Shown: positions 44,680 to 54,513, counted from the stretch's first letter. The stretch: DNA of 64,000 nt from Lysobacterales bacterium (GCA_022844135.1 JALHMG010000005.1:91691-155690), one strand, 5' to 3'. The notes: generated by a model not told the origin, from the letters alone. Numbers and translations: made by a program.

Positions 44680-46335
44680 ATGTCGCGCGGTGAGTCGCAG
44701 TTGGCATCACGGTTATCGATGTTCGTCCTGGTGTTCCTGACACTGTATGCCGTCTTCGCCTTTGTCGCATGGCGCACGCTGGACCAGGTGCGCGTCAAGG
44801 GGCCTTATTACACCGAGATCATGCTCGGCAACGAGTTAATCGCAGATGTTTTGCCGCCGCCGCAATACATCATCGAATCCTATTTGCTGACGCTGCAATT
44901 GATCGATGAGCGCGACCCATCGGAGATCAGTCGATTGATCGAAGAAGGCAACGAGCTGCGGGTGACCTACGAGGCACGACAGGAATACTGGAAGCGCGCG
45001 CTCGACGACAGCACAATGAAAGACTTGATGACGGTGACCGCTTCGCGGGCTGCCATGGAGTTTTTCCGGATACGCGATGATGTTTACATTCCCGCGATTC
45101 GGGCGGACGACCGCGTCGCGGCGCGCGCGGCGCTGGACCAGATGCGGCAGCGTTATGAAGCGCATCGTTACGCCATCGATGAAGTTTGGGAACTGGCCGA
45201 GACGCGTAATGCCGACTACGAAAAGCGCGCCGATGCGCTGATCGGAGAGCAGATCCGAACCTTGGTGATCTTGGCGATCGGCGTTGTGCTGGTCGTCGTC
45301 GTCATGGCCTGGTTCGCGCGCCGCTCCGCGCAGAGCTTGAGCGCGCGGGTGCTGTTGGTCTCCGATGTCGCAGGGCGCGTGGCGCAAGGCGATCTCACGA
45401 CCGAAGTACCGCCATCCGATGCCGGCGACGAAGCCGGACGCCTGCTCGGCGCCATCGGCGGCATGACACAAAGCTTGCGTGGGCTGGTGACGCGCGTGAA
45501 GCAGGCGTCGGTCGAGTTGATGAGTACCGCTACCGAGTTCGCTGCCACCAGCCGCCAGCAGGAAGCGACGGTGCAAGGCTTCGGCGCATCGACCAATGAG
45601 ATCGCGGCGGCGGTCAAGCAGATCGCAGCGACCAGCCAGGAGCTGCTGGCGACGATGGAAGGCTTGAATGCGGTGTCCGGGCAAACCGCAGATCTGGCCG
45701 AGGCCGGCCAGTCTGGCCTGTCGAATCTGGATAGCACGATGGATCGCCTGGCGCAGGCAGCGAACGCGATGAGCGCCCGTCTGGCGGCGATTCGCGAGGA
45801 AGCCGCGGAGATCACGGGCGTGGTGACTACGATCTCCAAGGTCGCCGACCAGACCAACTTGCTGTCGATCAATGCCGCCATCGAGGCGGAGAAGGCGGGC
45901 GAACAGGGTCTGGGCTTCCTGGTTTTGGCGCGCGAGATTCGCCGCCTGGCCGACCAGACCGCCGTGGCGACGCTGGACATCGAACAGATGGTCAAGCAGA
46001 TGCAAACCGCGGTGTCGGCCGGCGTCATGGAAATCGACCGCTTTGCCGAAGAAGTGCGTAGCGGCGTGGGGACCGTCGATCGCGTCGGCGGCCAGTTCGG
46101 GCAAATCATCAGCCAGGTAAAAACGCTCAGCGAACGCTTCGACACGGTCAATCACGGCATGCGCAGCCAGTCGCAAGGCGCGCGCCAGATCGGCGAAGCG
46201 ATGGGCCAATTGCTGGATGGCGCGCGCCAGACCTCGGTCTCGTTGCGCGAATTCAACGCCGCCACCGAAGGCTTGCGCGACGCCGTCACGGTCCTGAAAA
46301 CCGAGATCGCCAAGTTCAAGCTCGGCAACGACTGA
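44680..46335 (+). CDS. wspA: methyl-accepting chemotaxis protein, WspA-like
   Basis: Two TM helices flanking a helical periplasmic domain. HAMP domain. MCP signalling hairpin (ADQTNLLSINAAIEAEKAGEQGLGFLVLAREIRRLADQT). First gene of a wspABCDEFR-ordered cluster. Confidence 0.85.
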   Translation: MSRGESQLASRLSMFVLVFLTLYAVFAFVAWRTLDQVRVKGPYYTEIMLGNELIADVLPPPQYIIESYLLTLQLIDERDPSEISRLIEEGNELRVTYEARQEYWKRALDDSTMKDLMTVTASRAAMEFFRIRDDVYIPAIRADDRVAARAALDQMRQRYEAHRYAIDEVWELAETRNADYEKRADALIGEQIRTLVILAIGVVLVVVVMAWFARRSAQSLSARVLLVSDVAGRVAQGDLTTEVPPSDAGDEAGRLLGAIGGMTQSLRGLVTRVKQASVELMSTATEFAATSRQQEATVQGFGASTNEIAAAVKQIAATSQELLATMEGLNAVSGQTADLAEAGQSGLSNLDSTMDRLAQAANAMSARLAAIREEAAEITGVVTTISKVADQTNLLSINAAIEAEKAGEQGLGFLVLAREIRRLADQTAVATLDIEQMVKQMQTAVSAGVMEIDRFAEEVRSGVGTVDRVGGQFGQIISQVKTLSERFDTVNHGMRSQSQGARQIGEAMGQLLDGARQTSVSLREFNAATEGLRDAVTVLKTEIAKFKLGND

Positions 46336-46366
46336 TCGTGAAGCTATCTACTCACGCCCGCAAGGA

Positions 46367-46816
46367 ATGCCTCAACGTATGCTCGCGCTGACGTTCCGCG
46401 CCGGCGAAACGCCGCTTGCGATCGACACTCAGCTGGTCGTCGAAGTGTTGCCGCGCGTGACGCTACAAAAAGCCGCGCTGGCACCGGAGGCAGTCGTCGG
46501 CCTGCTGCCGTTCCGAGGCACGCTGACGCCGGTGGTCGATTTGTGCTGGCTGGTCGCCGGACGCAGCGCGCGCGGCCAGTTGGGTACGCGGATCATCGTC
46601 ACCCAGGTCGATAGCGGCGCTCGATATGTCGGACTGCTGGCCGAAGATGTCAGCGAGCTGGTCGATAGTCGCGACACCATCCTGGGATTGAACAACCTCG
46701 ATCACACCTGGCTTGGCGAGCATCTCGCCGATCAGCCCGAGATGCCAATGATCGTGCACCCGTCAGAGCTGCTGCCGGACGCTTTGCAGCGGCTGTTCGA
46801 GGCGAACCCGCCATGA
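46367..46816 (+). CDS. wspB: CheW-like coupling protein, WspB-like
   Basis: Single CheW domain (LALTFRAGETPLAIDTQLVVEVLP...GLLPFRGTLTPVVDL). The start could instead be ATG 46379. Confidence 0.75.
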   Translation: MPQRMLALTFRAGETPLAIDTQLVVEVLPRVTLQKAALAPEAVVGLLPFRGTLTPVVDLCWLVAGRSARGQLGTRIIVTQVDSGARYVGLLAEDVSELVDSRDTILGLNNLDHTWLGEHLADQPEMPMIVHPSELLPDALQRLFEANPP

Positions 46817-47991
46817 GCCGGTCGGCGCTGATCGCACGCCTGCAGTCGCGCATTGGCCTCGACCCCCAGTCGCTCGGCACTGCGGCGCTCGATCATGCGA
46901 TCGACGAAGCCTGCGCCAGCTTAGGCTGCAGCGATGCGATGGGCTTGCTCATCGAAGTCGAGCGTTCGGCAGAAAGCTGGCAGCGCTTCATCGACTGCAT
47001 GGTGATCCCGGAAACCTGGTTCTTCCGGGTGCCGGAGCAATTCGAAGACCTGAAGCGCTTCGCCCAAGCGCGCCGACCGATGCGCGTGCTCTCGCTGCCC
47101 AGCGCCACCGGCGAGGAGGCATACTCGATCGCCATCGCGCTTCTGGAGGCGGGCCTGAGTCCGGGCGCCTTCGATGTGCTCGGTATCGATGTCGGTGCGC
47201 GTCAGGTCGCGCACGCGCGGCGCGGGCGTTACGGGCTGCATTCGTTTCGCGGCAACACCCCGGCGCCGGAGTGGTTCGTTCGCGATGGCAATGAATATCT
47301 GGTCGCGCCCGCCGTGAAACGCACGGTGCGCTTTCAGGTCGGCAATATCCTCGACGCAAATCTGTTCGGCGCCGAGCGCTTCGATGCGATTTTCTTTCGC
47401 AATCTGCTCATCTACCTGGACACCGCCAGCCGCAAGTTAGCCGTGCAGCAACTGATCGGTTCGCTGGAGCCGGCCGGCATCATTTTCGCCGGCCAGGCCG
47501 AGGTGCTGTCCAGTATCGATACTCGCCTGCAGCCGGCGAATGGGTATGGTGCATTGACTTTTGCTCTCGCCGCTGCGGCAAGTGAGGCACCCACGCCGCG
47601 TCCGGCAACGCCTCGACCTTTGCCGCCCGCCAGGCCGCGCGTGCGAGTCAAGGCCGCACCGGCCGTCGCCACGCCTGTGGAAGACGCGCTGCAAAGGGCG
47701 CGAAACGCGGCCGACAGTGGCGACCTGGACGCCGCGCGCGGCGCCTGTCGCGATGCGCTGGCCCGCGACCCGGAATCTGCCGACGTCTGGTTCCTGCTCG
47801 GCATGATCGAAACTGCCGCCGGCAGGTTCGAAAGCGCCGACGACGCGCTGCTGCGCGCGACCTATCTCAATCGCAATCACACCGAAGCGTTGTTCCACCG
47901 GGCAGCGCTCGCCGACCGTATGGGACGCAACCACGAGGCAGCGCAATTGCGAGCGCGCCTGAAGCGCGTCGGCGCTGAGGTGGCTACATGA
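46813..47991 (+). CDS. wspC: CheR-type methyltransferase with C-terminal TPR repeats, WspC-like
   Basis: ETWFFR, LSLPSATGEEAYSIA and FFRNLLIYL, then a Pro-rich linker and TPR (ADVWFLLGMIE...). Confidence 0.85.
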   Translation: MSRSALIARLQSRIGLDPQSLGTAALDHAIDEACASLGCSDAMGLLIEVERSAESWQRFIDCMVIPETWFFRVPEQFEDLKRFAQARRPMRVLSLPSATGEEAYSIAIALLEAGLSPGAFDVLGIDVGARQVAHARRGRYGLHSFRGNTPAPEWFVRDGNEYLVAPAVKRTVRFQVGNILDANLFGAERFDAIFFRNLLIYLDTASRKLAVQQLIGSLEPAGIIFAGQAEVLSSIDTRLQPANGYGALTFALAAAASEAPTPRPATPRPLPPARPRVRVKAAPAVATPVEDALQRARNAADSGDLDAARGACRDALARDPESADVWFLLGMIETAAGRFESADDALLRATYLNRNHTEALFHRAALADRMGRNHEAAQLRARLKRVGAEVAT

Positions 47992-48635
47992 GTTCGACGA
48001 CAACAGACTCCTGCTGGCGGCATATCGGCGTTTACGGCGGCGATCACAGCTGCCCGCAGCTCAAGATCGACATCCATTGCCGCAATTGCCTGGTCTTCAA
48101 ACGCGCCGCTCGGCGCTTGCTGGAACGTGAGATCGAGCCGTTGCCGCCGCTGTCGAGCGCGGTGCAACGCAAAGCCGAGGCCGAGGAACGTAGCGTGCTG
48201 TGCTTTCGGCTTGGCCGCGAGTGGCTTGGACTGCGTTGCGAGCGTGTCGGCGAGGTGGCGCCCGCGCACACGCCGCGCCGGATCGCGCACCGCGCCAATG
48301 GCGCCATCGAGGGTCTGGTCGCGATTCGCGGGGAATTGCATTTGTCGGTCGCGTTGATCGAGGTGCTGTCGCTTGGACAACGTAGCGAGGTCGGCGGCGA
48401 CAAATCGCGGCTGCTGCTGCTTACGCCCGAAGCCTCCCCGCCCATTGCCTTTCGCGCCTCGGAAGTGATCGGCCTGCGGCCCATACGCGTTGCCGCCATC
48501 GAGGAAGTGCCATCGTCTCTGCCGCCGACTCTGACCCGCTGCCTGCAAGGCGTGGTGCCATTCGACCATGGGCGCATGGCGCTGCTCGACGCCGCCGCAT
48601 TGTTGCAAGCGCTCGACGAGGCGGTGTACCGATGA
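47988..48635 (+). CDS. wspD: CheW-like protein with N-terminal Cys-rich segment, WspD-like
   Basis: The CheW domain starts around residue 60. The N-terminus is CWRHIGVYGGDHSCPQLKIDIHCRNC. Start overlaps the wspC stop. Confidence 0.8.
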   Translation: MSSTTTDSCWRHIGVYGGDHSCPQLKIDIHCRNCLVFKRAARRLLEREIEPLPPLSSAVQRKAEAEERSVLCFRLGREWLGLRCERVGEVAPAHTPRRIAHRANGAIEGLVAIRGELHLSVALIEVLSLGQRSEVGGDKSRLLLLTPEASPPIAFRASEVIGLRPIRVAAIEEVPSSLPPTLTRCLQGVVPFDHGRMALLDAAALLQALDEAVYR

Positions 48636-51178
48636 ACCCGCTGATCGAGTTGCTGCAAGGCGAGTTGCGTCGATTGCTCGACGACTTGCGCGACTGCGTG
48701 CGTCAGGCGCAGGACCCCCTCGCCGCGCCCGGCGCGATGCCGCGATGGAGCGCACGCACCCATAGCCTGCAAGGCGCGCTCACGGTCCTTGGCAAGCAGC
48801 GCCTGAGCGATCTTGCGAGCGCATTTCAGCAGTGCAAAGTACCGGCACAATTGCTGACGCCCGGCGTCGAGTCGGCGCTCGATGTGTTGGCCGAATTTAC
48901 CAGGCTGCCGGAACCGCAGACGGGAAGCTGGTTGGCGCAAGTCGGCGCGCGCGTAGACGCGGCGATCGCCGCGATGGACGCACCGGCGCCAGTCGGCAAA
49001 CCAGCCGCAACAACCGACATCAATCCCATCCTCGGTTTGTTCCGCCAGGAAGTCGAAGATCAATGCGCGCAGTTGAACCAGATGCTGCTGCGTCTGGAGC
49101 AAGAACCCGAGCGCCTGGACTTGATCGCGCCGATCATGCGCGCGGTGCACTCCATCAAGGGGGCCGCGCGTGCGGTGCGTCTGGAGCCCGCAGTCGACAT
49201 CGCGCATCGCATGGAAGACCGTCTGGCGCGCGCCCAGCGGCGCGATGTTGCGGTTTCTGAGCCGCTGATCGAGTTCGCGCTGGGCTCGGTGGACTTGCTG
49301 CGCGCCCTGGCGCGGGATGGCGCCATCGAGGAGCACCTGCGGCGCAAAGACGAGTTGATTGCGCTGCCGGAAGACACCCTCACGCCGATCAAAGCGAGCG
49401 CGTCGGCGACATCCACGTACATCGCGGCAGAGGACGGCGATCCAGTACTGCGCATCAAGGCCAGCCTGGTCGGACGGCTGATCGCGCTTGCCGGCTCGGG
49501 CGTTGTCGCCGTGCACCGCTTGCGGCCGTTCAACGAACGCCAGCAGCGCTTGCGCAGCACGATCGCCAACCTGGGGCGACTGCTGGACGATCTGCACCAT
49601 CGCCTCGGCGCACCGGCGCCCGGCACTGCGCTGGGGAGCGAATTGGCGGAAGTCCGCCATCAAGTGGCCGACGCGCGACACCAGACGCAGATCTGGATCG
49701 ACGATTTCGCCGAATACGCCCGGCACTCGGTCGATCTGAACGAACGTATCTACCAGGCCGCATCGCTGACCCGCCTGCGCCCCTTCCGCGATCTGGTTCT
49801 TGGCTATCCGCGGATGGTGCGCGATATCGCGCGGCAGATCGGCAAGCGCATCCGCCTGACGATCCACGGCGAGCATGTCGAGGTCGATCGCGACGTGATG
49901 GACAAGATCGATGCGCCGCTGACGCATCTGCTGCGCAACGCTATCGATCACGGCATCGAGGATGCGGCGACGCGCGCGGCGCGCGGCAAGCCCGAAGAAG
50001 GCGAATTGCGCATCCACGCCAGTCATCGCGCCGGCATGCTCGCCATCGACATCAGCGACGATGGCGGCGGCATCGATTTGCAGCGCGTCCGCCATCGCCT
50101 CGTCGAGATCGGCCGCATGAACGAGGAAGCAGCGGCGGCGCTGAGCGAGCAAGCCTTGAAGGAGCATTTGTTCGCGCCTGGCTTTTCCACGCGCTCGGAG
50201 GTCACCGAGGTCTCGGGGCGAGGCGTGGGTCTGGACGTGGTGCGCGAGACCGTAGAGCGGCTCGAAGGCAGCGTCCGCCTGACGACGCGCGAGGGCCTGG
50301 GCAGCACCTTCCACTTGCTGGTTCCGATCTCGCGCGCCGTCACGCGCGCGCTGGCGATACGCGTGGCCGGCGAGATTTACGCGTTTCCGTCGCTGCGTAT
50401 CGATCGCGTGGTGCGCGCCAAACCCGACGATGTGGCATCGCGCGATGGCTTGCAGTATCTGCCGCTCAACAAGCGCAACATCGGCCTGGTGCCGCTCGCC
50501 GAGCTGCTGGATCTGGGCGCGACGCGCGTCGATGCCGAACGCCTGGATGTTGTCGTCGTCGAGCACCAGGGCCGCGTGTGCGGCTTCGTGGTCGACGATT
50601 TCCTCGGCGAGTACGATCTGGCGACCAGACCGCTGGATTTGCGCCTTGGCCGCGTCGCCGATCTTGCCGCCGTGGCCATCTTGCCGGACGGCGCGCCAGT
50701 CGTGCTGCTCGACGTCGACGACTTGATGCGCAGCGCCCTGAATCGCGAGCGCGCCAGCCTGCGCCAGGCGAACGGCGATATCGCCGCGCGGCGCCGCAAG
50801 CGTGTGCTGGTGGCCGACGACTCGATTTCGGTACGCGAGCTCGAACGTCAGTTGCTCGCTGCGCGCGGTTTCGAAGTCGAGGTTGCTGTGGACGGGATGG
50901 ATGCCTGGACGCGGCTGCGCGACGAAGCTTTCGATTTGCTGGTGACCGATGTCGATATGCCGCGCATGGACGGCATCGAACTGACCAAGTCGATTAAACA
51001 AGACTCGCGCCTGCGCACCTTGCCCGTGGTCATTGTCTCGTATCGCGATCGCCCTGAAGATCGCCGCCGCGGCATGGACGCGCGCGCCGACAGCTACTTG
51101 ACCAAGTCCGATTTTCAGGACGAGAACTTTTTGCGCCTTGTCCACCAGCTGGTCGGCGACGCTGAGGAGGCCGCGTGA
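48632..51178 (+). CDS. wspE: hybrid CheA-type histidine kinase with C-terminal receiver, WspE-like
   Basis: HPt (RAVHSIKGAARAV), HATPase (HLLRNAIDHGIE, DDGGGID, GRGVGLDVV), CheW-like domain and REC (VLVADDS...LLVTDVDMPRMDG...YLTKS). Confidence 0.9.
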   Translation: MNPLIELLQGELRRLLDDLRDCVRQAQDPLAAPGAMPRWSARTHSLQGALTVLGKQRLSDLASAFQQCKVPAQLLTPGVESALDVLAEFTRLPEPQTGSWLAQVGARVDAAIAAMDAPAPVGKPAATTDINPILGLFRQEVEDQCAQLNQMLLRLEQEPERLDLIAPIMRAVHSIKGAARAVRLEPAVDIAHRMEDRLARAQRRDVAVSEPLIEFALGSVDLLRALARDGAIEEHLRRKDELIALPEDTLTPIKASASATSTYIAAEDGDPVLRIKASLVGRLIALAGSGVVAVHRLRPFNERQQRLRSTIANLGRLLDDLHHRLGAPAPGTALGSELAEVRHQVADARHQTQIWIDDFAEYARHSVDLNERIYQAASLTRLRPFRDLVLGYPRMVRDIARQIGKRIRLTIHGEHVEVDRDVMDKIDAPLTHLLRNAIDHGIEDAATRAARGKPEEGELRIHASHRAGMLAIDISDDGGGIDLQRVRHRLVEIGRMNEEAAAALSEQALKEHLFAPGFSTRSEVTEVSGRGVGLDVVRETVERLEGSVRLTTREGLGSTFHLLVPISRAVTRALAIRVAGEIYAFPSLRIDRVVRAKPDDVASRDGLQYLPLNKRNIGLVPLAELLDLGATRVDAERLDVVVVEHQGRVCGFVVDDFLGEYDLATRPLDLRLGRVADLAAVAILPDGAPVVLLDVDDLMRSALNRERASLRQANGDIAARRRKRVLVADDSISVRELERQLLAARGFEVEVAVDGMDAWTRLRDEAFDLLVTDVDMPRMDGIELTKSIKQDSRLRTLPVVIVSYRDRPEDRRRGMDARADSYLTKSDFQDENFLRLVHQLVGDAEEAA

Positions 51179-51263
51179 GGCCAGAGCAGAGCGGCCGACC
51201 CCGGCCCACGTCACCTGCCGCCCGCCCTGATTCTTTTGCCGGGCGCCAGCGCATTACCCTGCG

Positions 51264-52286
51264 ATGCAAGTCCTGTTCATGCAGCCGGAGCGACGCGTGA
51301 AGATCGCCATTGTCCACAGCGACCGTCTGACGCGCGAGGCTATCCGCCGTGCTATTGGCGGCGACCATTCGCTCGTATGGGTTGCCACAGAAGGACGCGA
51401 ATTCGACAAACTGCGCCGTCGCGATCCACCGGATTTGATTTTGATCGAAGCTGCGATGGTCGATGCAAAAGCCATCGAGTCCCGCAGCGCCGGCCAGAAT
51501 TGGCTGGTGCTGGCCGGCGACGACAACGCCAAGGGCGTCTATGAGGCGCTCAGCGCTGGCGCACTCGGCCACGTCCCGCCGCCGCGCCTGGAACCGGACG
51601 GCCAGCTCACGGGTGCGCAGCGATTGATGAGTCGCATCCATCGACTGCAATCCCTGATCGGTGAGCCAGCCGCGCCGCGCGTCGCACCGCCGCCGGCCGG
51701 CAAGAGCGCTCTGCCGATTCCAGTCATCGGCATCGGCGCCTCCACCGGCGGCCCGCAAGCGCTGGCCCGCGTTCTCGCCGGGCTTCCCGCAGGGCTCAAT
51801 GCTGCGGTGATGATCGTGCAACACATCGACGCCGATTTCTCGACCGGTCTGGTGGAGTGGCTGGCGTCGCACTCGATACTGCCGGTGCAGCTCGCGCGCC
51901 GCGGCGACCTGATCGAACCGGGTCGCGTCTATCTGGCCGCCAACCAGGGGCATATGGTGCTTTTGCCGTCACAACAAATTGGATATCTCGCGCCTTTGAA
52001 GAACGATTTACACGTCCCCAGCGTCGACACCTTGTTTCAGTACCTCGCCGATCACCATCGACCGGCATCGGCCGCGGTGCTCACCGGCATGGGCAGCGAC
52101 GGTGCGCAGGGCCTGCTGAAGCTGCGCCATCGCGGCTGGTATACGATCGCCCAGGATGAGGCCAGCAGTGCCGTCTATGGCATGCCGCGCGCCGCCGCCG
52201 AATGCGGCGCGGCGGTGCAAGTACTGCCGCTCAGCGCCATCGGACAGAGCCTGGCGCGCCACGTCTCCGGAGCGATCAGCCGATGA
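51264..52286 (+). CDS. wspF: CheB-type methylesterase with divergent receiver domain, WspF-like
   Basis: Esterase domain (IGASTGGPQAL, VQHI, TGMGSDGAQG, DEASSAVYGMP). The start is uncertain: ATG 51264, ATG 51279, or GTG 51297 (which has GGAG 6 nt upstream). Confidence 0.85.
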   Translation: MQVLFMQPERRVKIAIVHSDRLTREAIRRAIGGDHSLVWVATEGREFDKLRRRDPPDLILIEAAMVDAKAIESRSAGQNWLVLAGDDNAKGVYEALSAGALGHVPPPRLEPDGQLTGAQRLMSRIHRLQSLIGEPAAPRVAPPPAGKSALPIPVIGIGASTGGPQALARVLAGLPAGLNAAVMIVQHIDADFSTGLVEWLASHSILPVQLARRGDLIEPGRVYLAANQGHMVLLPSQQIGYLAPLKNDLHVPSVDTLFQYLADHHRPASAAVLTGMGSDGAQGLLKLRHRGWYTIAQDEASSAVYGMPRAAAECGAAVQVLPLSAIGQSLARHVSGAISR

Positions 52287-53470
52287 GTGCCATACGCGTT
52301 CTCATGGTCGACGATCAGGCGATCATCCTCGCGGCGCTCAAGCAGATGCTGGCGCACGAACCGGACCTCGAACTGCGCGGCGTTTCCGACCCGCAGGCGG
52401 CGTTGCAGGCGGCGCTCGAGTTCGAGCCGGCAGTGATCCTGCAGGATCTGGTGATGGAGGGCCTCGATGGCCTGACGCTGCTCAAGCGCTATCGCGCCCA
52501 CCCGCAGCTCACTGATACGCCGGTGGTTATGTTGAGCGCCGCTGAGGAACCGGAAACCAAAGTCGAGGCGTTTCGCCTCGGCGCCAACGACTATGTCGTC
52601 AAGTTGCCGAGCGCGCTGGAGTTAGCGGCCCGCATCCGCTACCACGGTCGCAGTTATCACAACATGCGCCAGCGCGAATCGGCATTCAGGGCTTTGGTGG
52701 AAAGCCGCGCCGCGCTGGAGTTGCGCCAAGCCGAAATCGAAGCGCAAAAGGCGCAATTGGAAGCGCAAGCCAGGCAACTGGAACTGGTCAATCGCGAGCT
52801 GGCCGACAGTGCCCTTTCCGACACGCTCACCGGGTTGCGCAATCGCCGCTATTTGCGAGTTTATCTGGACGCCCCGCTGGGCGAGCTATCGCCGCCGAGC
52901 GGCGTCGATGAACGCCGCCGCATCATGTTGCGCGAGCGCGCCACGTTTTTCCTCTTCGACCTGGATCACTTCAAGCAGATCAACGACAAACATGGCCACG
53001 ACGCGGGCGATGCGGTGCTGGTCGAAGTGGCCGCGCGCTTGCGTCAGACGCTGCGCGAAGGCGATGCGACGATGCGCTGGGGCGGCGAGGAGTTCCTGAT
53101 CGTCGCTCGCGGCCTCAGCGACGAGGCCGCTGCCGTGCTCGCGCAGAGAATCATGCAGGCTGTGGCGGCGGTACCGATCGTTATTCCGCGCGGCCCGACA
53201 TTGCGCGTCACGGCATCCTTGGGGTTTGCGTCCTCGCCATGGTGGCGCGAGGAGCGAACCGAGGACATCAAGCATCAGCTCTCCATCGCGCTCGCCGACG
53301 CAGGGACTTATTTGTCCAAAACCGATGGCCGGAATCGGGCCGTGGGGATTTTGCCAGGACCTGACGAAAGCTTTAGCGAGCGCATCGATCGCATCAGCCT
53401 TGGCCCCGGATTGTTGCGCCAGGAAGATGGTCGCGGCGTTCGCCTGGTGAAGATCGTCGGGCCTTCGTGA
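52283..53470 (+). CDS. wspR: response regulator-diguanylate cyclase, WspR-like
   Basis: Canonical REC (VILQDLVMEGLDG, VVMLSA, DYVVKLP), coiled-coil linker and GGDEF domain (RWGGEEF with an RxxD-like I-site context). ATGA overlap with wspF. Confidence 0.9.
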   Translation: MSAIRVLMVDDQAIILAALKQMLAHEPDLELRGVSDPQAALQAALEFEPAVILQDLVMEGLDGLTLLKRYRAHPQLTDTPVVMLSAAEEPETKVEAFRLGANDYVVKLPSALELAARIRYHGRSYHNMRQRESAFRALVESRAALELRQAEIEAQKAQLEAQARQLELVNRELADSALSDTLTGLRNRRYLRVYLDAPLGELSPPSGVDERRRIMLRERATFFLFDLDHFKQINDKHGHDAGDAVLVEVAARLRQTLREGDATMRWGGEEFLIVARGLSDEAAAVLAQRIMQAVAAVPIVIPRGPTLRVTASLGFASSPWWREERTEDIKHQLSIALADAGTYLSKTDGRNRAVGILPGPDESFSERIDRISLGPGLLRQEDGRGVRLVKIVGPS

Positions 53471-53574
53471 GGCACGGAATCGCACCAGGTCGCCCGTGCG
53501 GCCGATGCGAGCATGCTCGCCGCAATCCTCTCTGCTGCCGCTCCCACTGCTTTCGGCGAGCTGATTTGCTGCGT

Positions 53575-54513
53575 TCAACGTCGAGGCTGAACCACCTCGA
53601 TGGTCTCGCCATCCGGCCCGGCAAAGATGGCGCCCAAACACGCACCGAAGCCCGGAAGCTTGATTTCCATCGCCAGCAACGGGCGTGCTCCAGCGGCCAC
53701 CAGCAATTGCCTGGCGGCGACGACATCATCGGTTTGCAGCGTCATCGCATGAATGCCGATGTTCGGCGGATGCGCGCGCGGCGCCAGCGCGATTTCAGGC
53801 GCATCGACATCGAGATACGCAAACATCTCCACGCGACCAGGAACGATGTTGCCGTCCTTCATCAAGTTCACATTGTGGATGCGCACGGGGCCCGACACGC
53901 CAAGCAACGTCGACAACTCGTCGAAGTCGAGCACCCGGTCGAACAAGGTGCGAAACCCGAGCGCCTCGTAGAACGCCCGTGAACGCGGCAAATCGCGCGT
54001 CGCCAGCGCGATCGTTTGCAGCACGCTGACGTCGGTATCCAGCGGCCCGCGCAACTCGCCACCGCGCGTGTACGCAAAAATGTCGAGCCGATGGCCATCG
54101 AGATCCTGGGTAATCGAATCGTCGACCGCAATCGACTCGCTGACTTCCCAGTGGCTCGGATGATCCGGGCCCGTGCCGCCGGCCGAGAAGATTCTGGGCA
54201 GCAATGCATGCACATCTCGCGCGCGAAAATTGAGCGCGTAATAGCCGCTGGCGCAGAGCAGATTGTCTTTGCTCCACAGCGGCTCGCCGGCAGCGTCGCT
54301 GGCGATCAGGCGCAAGCGCCCAAGACCGCTGTCGTCGGCGGCGATCACCGCCACCTCGCCGCCGCAAGGCGACCGCAACCAGCGGGCCAGCTCGGCATCG
54401 ATGTCTGCCCGCTCGATGAGCTTATAGCCGAGCGCATTGCGATAAAAATCCAGACTTCGATCGAGATCGCGCACGCCCAGGCTCACCGAACGCACTTCGC
54501 TGATCGCGTTCAT
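53575..54513 (-). CDS. two-domain VOC/glyoxalase-family protein (extradiol dioxygenase-like)
   Basis: Two repeats of the glyoxalase beta-alpha-beta-beta-beta pattern (VSLGVRDLDRSLDFYRNALGY; IALATRDLPRSRAFYEALGF). Confidence 0.7.
   Translation of the reverse strand: MNAISEVRSVSLGVRDLDRSLDFYRNALGYKLIERADIDAELARWLRSPCGGEVAVIAADDSGLGRLRLIASDAAGEPLWSKDNLLCASGYYALNFRARDVHALLPRIFSAGGTGPDHPSHWEVSESIAVDDSITQDLDGHRLDIFAYTRGGELRGPLDTDVSVLQTIALATRDLPRSRAFYEALGFRTLFDRVLDFDELSTLLGVSGPVRIHNVNLMKDGNIVPGRVEMFAYLDVDAPEIALAPRAHPPNIGIHAMTLQTDDVVAARQLLVAAGARPLLAMEIKLPGFGACLGAIFAGPDGETIEVVQPRR

Noticed and set aside
48044-51214. 1056-aa ORF on the minus strand, the longest in the window
   Set aside because: It is fully antisense to the well-supported wspD/wspE genes. 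Its composition is Arg/Ala/Gln/His-rich with no recognisable motif. Long antisense ORFs of this kind are expected in GC-rich DNA because stop codons are rare.
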